Shown here piece after piece: positions 58,960 to 64,000 of a stretch of 64,000 nucleotides of DNA; within the stretch, counting starts at the first letter, position 1, and every line of letters starts with the position of its first letter. A program made the translations under genes and the position numbers. The notes beneath the pieces are model-generated. The model saw only the letters and a list, made by a program, of their open reading frames with translations. It was not told where the DNA came from and did not search any database. Source of the DNA: Armatimonadota bacterium (GTDB taxonomy: Bacteria; Armatimonadota; UBA5829; DSUL01); assembly GCA_039811685.1 (NCBI GenBank), contig JBDHZC010000007.1, positions 64,001 to 128,000 of the forward strand, in the 5' to 3' direction.

Positions 58960-61041
58960 TCACACTGAGGAATGTACTGGAGTTGTCGCCCTGGCAGAGT
59001 GACGGGCTGGAGACAGTGCGCGCGCCTGGCGCGCCCGTTGCAGCTTCTCTCGGACTCCGTTCTGTAGAGCGCGAGCCTGGCTTTCCAGCTCCGGGTCAGT
59101 CAGGCCCGCGGCTTCCAGTACCGGGCGAAGCTCCTTCAGAGAGGCGAAGTAGCGACTGAGTAACTCATCCGCCTGCTTCCACTGAGAAGTGGCGGCGGAC
59201 ATGTCGCCTGAGTCCTGGAGCTGGTCACCCCGGCGCGCATGCGCCCAGGCGTACGCCGGATCAACCATCTCTGGCATGGCGCGCACCTGTCCGTAAGGCG
59301 CCTTCTCCAGATACAGCAGGCGGCTCCACAGCCCGTCAGCCTGCTTTCTGTGCCCCAGTTTTTCCAGAAGGAGCGCCTCTTCGAGCGTCAAACGGCTGGA
59401 GAGCGGGTCCAGCTTCCTGGCCTGCTGATAGGCCGCCAGCGCTTCGTTATCTCGGCCGTCGCGCAGATAAAGCTCCGCAAGAGAGCGGAATACCCGGGGA
59501 TTTGTCGGCTCCAGACGATGCAGACGCTCAATATCCTGCGGCCGGTCCTCAAGCTGGGCCGCTCGCAGCCGGACATTCACGTCCCAGGGCGCGATGCGCC
59601 CGGCGGTTCTCCAATCCTCCAGCGCCTGCGGCCAGTCCTCAGACGTCTCCATCGCCCGGGCGCCTTCGGCATAGAATGAGCTGTAGATGACCACTAACGC
59701 AAGGGCCAAAGTGAGCAGAGCAGCGGCTGCAGCAACCGCAGAGCCGTAGATACCGGCGCGAAGGGAGAGTTGCCTGTCCTCTCGCAGCGTCGCGCGCGCC
59801 AGCACCCCGGCCAGTGCGGAAGCCGCCAGGGCAATGGGCAGCGACCACCAGTCCGAGTCAAAAACACCGCGCACAGCCGTGCAAGCGCAGGCAGCCAGCG
59901 CTGCGCAGACAAACGGGGCGAGGTCTGCCTTGACTTTGCGTAACGCAAGAGCTCGCGCACTGGAGACTATCAGCGCGAGCCATGCCCCAAACAGCGCAAT
60001 GTCCCCGGGCCAGCCATACTCGGCCGCGCCCTGCAGATAGTTGGAGTGCGCCATACGCGTAAAACCGGCGACCGCATAGCCCGGAAGAGCGACATCAAAC
60101 GTACCCGGGCCAAAGCCGACTACGGGACGGGCATTAGCGGTGCGCATTGCGCCGATCCACGTAAGCTTCCGGAATGCAAAGCTGTGCCCCTCAGAGTGTG
60201 CGGCGACGGCCGACGGCTCCACGCGCCTGACAGTGGGACGTCCAAGCGCTGTGGCCAGCGCAATGGAAATGGCAAGCGACAGGCCAAGGCGAACCCAGAT
60301 AGCGGGCGAAAACAGTCTGACTAACGCAGCGAGCGCCCCGAAAACGGCCAGACCCACAGCCAGTGCCAGGACTCCGGCTCTGGCGCCAGTCAGGCCCAGC
60401 ACGGCAATCTGAAGCGCCAGGGCAAAACCCAGCCCCGCGACAGCCGCCCGTTCCTGTGCCTGAGCGATCAGCGCGAGAGTGACAGGTATCGTCAGAACGA
60501 GAAATCCTGCCAGATAACCCGGATTGAACATTGTAGAAAAGACGCGCCAGTCTGGCTCGCCCTGCCGGAAGTGCGCAGCGTATTCATTACCGCCAAGGAC
60601 GCTCACGACGATTGCGCCTGCTACAAGAGCAAACGCGCTCCAAAAGACCGGCCGGCGATCATCCGCAGAGTAGGCGACAGCGCAGAAGACAATGAGACTG
60701 CTGAGGAGATTCAGGTCGCGGACAAGCGTGCGTCCGAAGCTGACCGTACAAACCGAACTGAGCGCAACGAAGAGTATGCCCACCCCAGCAAGCCAGAACC
60801 CTGGCCACGTCCTCGCCTGAATTCGTCCGGAACGAAAGAAAGGCACAGCGCTTACAACAGCGCCCAGGACAAGAAGGGCATATACAGACATCTCTCTGTC
60901 CGTCTGCATTGTTCCAGCCCACAGGGGTGAGAGCGCCAGAGCCAGAGATGACACGCAGAGCATGGCAGCAGAGGTCAGCCGTCCAGACCCGATGCGCAAG
61001 TGAGTTGACCCTTGTTGCTCTACCTTCTTACGCGCAGCCAC
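58960..61041 (-). CDS. O-antigen ligase (Wzy_C)-like membrane protein with C-terminal TPR repeats
   Basis: ~12 TM; TGARAG, GFGPGTF and AHSNYLQ motifs; TPR-like helices (EALAAYQQARKLDP). Confidence 0.85.
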   Translation of the reverse strand: MAARKKVEQQGSTHLRIGSGRLTSAAMLCVSSLALALSPLWAGTMQTDREMSVYALLVLGAVVSAVPFFRSGRIQARTWPGFWLAGVGILFVALSSVCTVSFGRTLVRDLNLLSSLIVFCAVAYSADDRRPVFWSAFALVAGAIVVSVLGGNEYAAHFRQGEPDWRVFSTMFNPGYLAGFLVLTIPVTLALIAQAQERAAVAGLGFALALQIAVLGLTGARAGVLALAVGLAVFGALAALVRLFSPAIWVRLGLSLAISIALATALGRPTVRRVEPSAVAAHSEGHSFAFRKLTWIGAMRTANARPVVGFGPGTFDVALPGYAVAGFTRMAHSNYLQGAAEYGWPGDIALFGAWLALIVSSARALALRKVKADLAPFVCAALAACACTAVRGVFDSDWWSLPIALAASALAGVLARATLREDRQLSLRAGIYGSAVAAAAALLTLALALVVIYSSFYAEGARAMETSEDWPQALEDWRTAGRIAPWDVNVRLRAAQLEDRPQDIERLHRLEPTNPRVFRSLAELYLRDGRDNEALAAYQQARKLDPLSSRLTLEEALLLEKLGHRKQADGLWSRLLYLEKAPYGQVRAMPEMVDPAYAWAHARRGDQLQDSGDMSAATSQWKQADELLSRYFASLKELRPVLEAAGLTDPELESQARALQNGVREKLQRARQARALSPARHSARATTPVHSSV

Positions 61042-61958
61042 TTATGCCACTTATTCTTTGCAATAAAGTACGACGCTCTGAGTCCCAGACCCAGCGGAAC
61101 AATGAGGCGGTCCAGCAAGCCAGTCCCCTCCCAGTAGTGCCGTCTGAAGAAGATGTACATGCTTCTGTGGTGGTGGTAAATCATACGGTTAGGCGCCAGA
61201 TCACTTGCCCGCGCTTTGCGGTGCGTCACTTCCGCCTGTGCGCAAAACCAGACTGTCCACCCGGCCTGACGCGCGCGCCAGCAGATGTCAACATCTTCGA
61301 CATACATGTAGTAGACCTCTTCAAAGCCACCCATCTGCACCAGCGCCAAGCGTCGAATGAGCATGGCGCATCCACTCACCCAGTCCACCTCACGGCTATC
61401 GCGGTGATCCCAATCTGTCTGAAGGTAGTTGCGCACCGCAGGATTGTTGGGGAACAGCCTGCCCAGTACGCTGTGCCTGTACAGCCCGGCCGCCAGAGTT
61501 GGAAAACGCCGCGCGGAATGTTGCACGCTTCCATCCGGGTTGAGCACCCGCGGTCCGAAGATCGCGCTCTCAGGGTGCTGTTCAGCACATCCGATAAGGG
61601 CGACAATGGCAGCAGAGCTCAGGTGCGAATCGGGATTGAGAACAAAGACAAATCGCCCGCGCGACTGCTCAAATGCCCTGTTGTGCCCGGCTCCAAAGCC
61701 GAGATTGCGCTCCTGCGGGAGAATGCGCACAACTGGATAAGACTGCCGTACGGCCTCGACGGAGAAGTCATCTGAATGGTTATCCACTACGATGACTTCA
61801 CAGGAGTATCCGTCAATCTGAAACGCAGCTCCCGTATCTCTGGCGCGATCTTCGACGGGGACAAAGGAGCTGAGGCAATCCAGCAGATCCTGGCGCGTAT
61901 TCCAGTTTACTATGGAAACCGTGAGGTCCAGTTCAGATTCTTCGGGTATGTTAGCCAC
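61020..61958 (-). CDS. Glycosyltransferase family 2 (WbbL-like)
   Basis: VSIVNWN, VVDNHS, LNPD, VSGCAML and YVEDVD. Confidence 0.92.
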   Translation of the reverse strand: MANIPEESELDLTVSIVNWNTRQDLLDCLSSFVPVEDRARDTGAAFQIDGYSCEVIVVDNHSDDFSVEAVRQSYPVVRILPQERNLGFGAGHNRAFEQSRGRFVFVLNPDSHLSSAAIVALIGCAEQHPESAIFGPRVLNPDGSVQHSARRFPTLAAGLYRHSVLGRLFPNNPAVRNYLQTDWDHRDSREVDWVSGCAMLIRRLALVQMGGFEEVYYMYVEDVDICWRARQAGWTVWFCAQAEVTHRKARASDLAPNRMIYHHHRSMYIFFRRHYWEGTGLLDRLIVPLGLGLRASYFIAKNKWHKWLRVRR

Positions 61959-62799
61959 GTTGCGCTCTCGCCGTGCGCATCTTCCAGTTGACCCATGAGA
62001 TCGCCTTCCCAAGCCACAGGAGAGAGGAGCGGCCTTTGAGATCCTTGTTGTAGAACTTTACGAGGCCCAGATGCGACTCCCTCAGAATCCACGCGCCTGC
62101 GCTCTGCGTGCTGTGGCCACCCACGTGTGCGACTTTCGCCTCCGCAACGAACCACACCTCCCAACCCGCTTCTCTGGCTCGCCATGCCCAGTCCACATCG
62201 TTGAAGAGAATTGGAAACGCTTCATCAAAGCCGCCGATAATCTCCCACGCCGCGCGCGGCACAGCCCAGCAACTGGCCATCGGCTGGTCCACCTGGCGTG
62301 TGTGCAGATGGTCGAAGTATGTCATGCGGTATGCCCCGAAGATGCGGCTTTTCGGGAACAATCTCGGCAGCTTCAGCGCCGCCCACAACAAGCTCAGCGG
62401 CCATGGGAACTCTCTGCAGGAGCTTTGCACAGCGCCACCGGGAAGGATAAGCTGTGGCGCGGCAATGGCAGCGCACGGGTGGTTCATAAGGAAGTCGAGC
62501 AGTGTATCCAGCGCGCCTGGCGTCACCTGCGTGTCAGGATTTAGAAGGACAATGTAGTCTCCACGCGAATGTGAAAACGCCACATTGTTGCCCCGCGCAA
62601 AACCCAGATTCTCACTCTGCGCAAAGAAACGCACAGCAGGGAAGTCTTGCTGAAACGACGCGGCCTCGAAGTGCCCGGCATCATTATCAACGACGATGAC
62701 TTCATACTCTCCCGACGGCGGGTGCTGTTGGATGGACTCCAGCAACTTTCTCAAGAGCGCTGAAGAGCGCCAGTTAACGATGAGCATCGAGCAGCGCAC
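61951..62799 (-). CDS. Glycosyltransferase family 2 (WbbL-like)
   Basis: LIVNW, VVDND, NLGFARGNN, LLNPD and FNDVD. GTG start at 62799 assumed. Confidence 0.9.
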   Translation of the reverse strand: MRCSMLIVNWRSSALLRKLLESIQQHPPSGEYEVIVVDNDAGHFEAASFQQDFPAVRFFAQSENLGFARGNNVAFSHSRGDYIVLLNPDTQVTPGALDTLLDFLMNHPCAAIAAPQLILPGGAVQSSCREFPWPLSLLWAALKLPRLFPKSRIFGAYRMTYFDHLHTRQVDQPMASCWAVPRAAWEIIGGFDEAFPILFNDVDWAWRAREAGWEVWFVAEAKVAHVGGHSTQSAGAWILRESHLGLVKFYNKDLKGRSSLLWLGKAISWVNWKMRTARAQRG

Positions 62800-63445
62800 T
62801 GTGGAGCTCCGCGAGATCAGAAAAGACGCAGTCCGGGCCGACGGGATCGAAGTGGCCGGCAGGATTTCTATACAGCAGTGCAATAGAGCGCAGACCGGCC
62901 GCTTTACCGGCCTCTATATCCATAAAATGGTCCCCAATCATCAGGGCACTCGAGGCCGGCCGGTCAAGTTGCGCCAGCGCGTTTGTCAGATGGAGCGGGT
63001 CAGGTTTGACACGCGGAGTGTCCTCCCGCGCCAGCGTTGCGGAAAATACGTCGGGAAGCAGAGTCAGAAGGTGGTCAGTGGCTCTTCGGCAGTTGCGCGT
63101 AACAATTCCCAGACGCCACCCGCGCGACGCCATGTCCAGCAGCAACTCCGGCGCGTGAGGCTTCACCCGTGCCGTCCAGGCATGCTTCATCTCGATGTCT
63201 TCCAGTAGATCCCACGCATCCTTGACATACAGGTTGCCAGAACACGGAAGTTGCCTGCTGGCCTGGTCAACGATGGACAGTATGTCAAAGTCTTCAATAT
63301 TAGCTGTGGACGCTCCCGCTTGTTGGGCGTGGTGGAGCACGGCGCGTTTCATTGCGGGGAAATTGATGTTCGTGTCGACAAGTGTGCCGTCCAGATCGAA
63401 CAGGACGGCCTCCACACCCGTGAAGATAGCCTCCGGAGCACGCAC
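62774..63445 (-). CDS. HAD family hydrolase (phosphoglycolate phosphatase-like)
   Basis: FDLDGTL, IVTRN, KPDP and IGDHFMD motifs. Confidence 0.92.
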   Translation of the reverse strand: MRAPEAIFTGVEAVLFDLDGTLVDTNINFPAMKRAVLHHAQQAGASTANIEDFDILSIVDQASRQLPCSGNLYVKDAWDLLEDIEMKHAWTARVKPHAPELLLDMASRGWRLGIVTRNCRRATDHLLTLLPDVFSATLAREDTPRVKPDPLHLTNALAQLDRPASSALMIGDHFMDIEAGKAAGLRSIALLYRNPAGHFDPVGPDCVFSDLAELHSALLDAHR

Positions 63446-64000
63446 ATTTCAGATGATAGCGGCAGGCGAAGCAGGCGTCAACGCATCTGAAGCAACTCAC
63501 TCGACGCAGCGCGATCACAGCATGCCAGTTGTGTCGAACGACCGCGCACGCAAGGCTCTCACGAATGCGGAAGACGATAGGCGCTCAAATATCGTCAGAG
63601 TGCGCTGAAAAAGAGCGCTCCAGCGGGGATTTCGGGCATTCGCTCTTGAGCTCGTCCAGACAAACAATGCTGTTAGGGTCCCAGGTGAGTTGTGGCACAA
63701 ACCTTGTGAGAACACAGGACGGGAACGCGTTGGTGGCTTTGGGTCTCTGGTTCTTGCAGACAGAATTATTCCGGCTCCGGTGCCGGAGACAGTCTGCGGG
63801 GTAGTCTCATTTAGACTGTCTCGCTCGGGCGCCGTGCTCGCCAACCTCCTCCCACGGCGCCCATTTTCGTACCTCCTCAACGCTCGCCATCACCGGTAAT
63901 CCTACCATCAGCAAAATTGTTGAGCATTTTCTTCCAAAATCATAAGTTTGAGAGATTCCTGTGGAACAAAAACATTGTGAAAAGCCAGCGGCCTGCCAGG

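Noticed and set aside
63900..64000. Possible DnaA boxes / oriC in an AT-rich stretch
   Set aside because: Only two-mismatch matches (TGTGGAACA, TGTGAAAAG), and no dnaA context is visible.

Overview
GC-rich bacterial chromosomal window, most likely Armatimonadota. That assignment is an inference from the PEP-CTERM tail type, the SBP-permease fusion and the C-terminal domain of a large secreted protein. From left to right it holds: the start of a probable superoxide dismutase; a sugar ABC/oxidoreductase/galK/uronate isomerase cluster interrupted by a MazF-type toxin-antitoxin module and a truncated Phd-like remnant; a 1013-aa secreted multidomain protein; ndk; a tandem array of six PEP-CTERM-type surface-protein genes next to two GT4 glycosyltransferases; tRNA-Val(GAC); housekeeping genes (pgi, prfC, proS, ispG, rseP, dxr, uppS, frr, pyrH, tsf, rpsB); a compact complex I operon; and envelope/glycosylation genes. 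Two observations stand out. (1) The PEP-CTERM array has unrelated cargo domains but a nearly identical DNA tail (PEPAFFQMGALIGMSGLGLL[K/R]LRKR), a shared terminator and repeated promoter elements, so it looks like a cassette-like surface-protein repertoire. (2) The nuo operon reads A-E-F-H-J-K-L-M-N and lacks exactly nuoB, C, D, G and I, the Fe-S wire and quinone module. rseP also appears to need a non-canonical ATA start. All family assignments come from motif recognition; no database searches were run.
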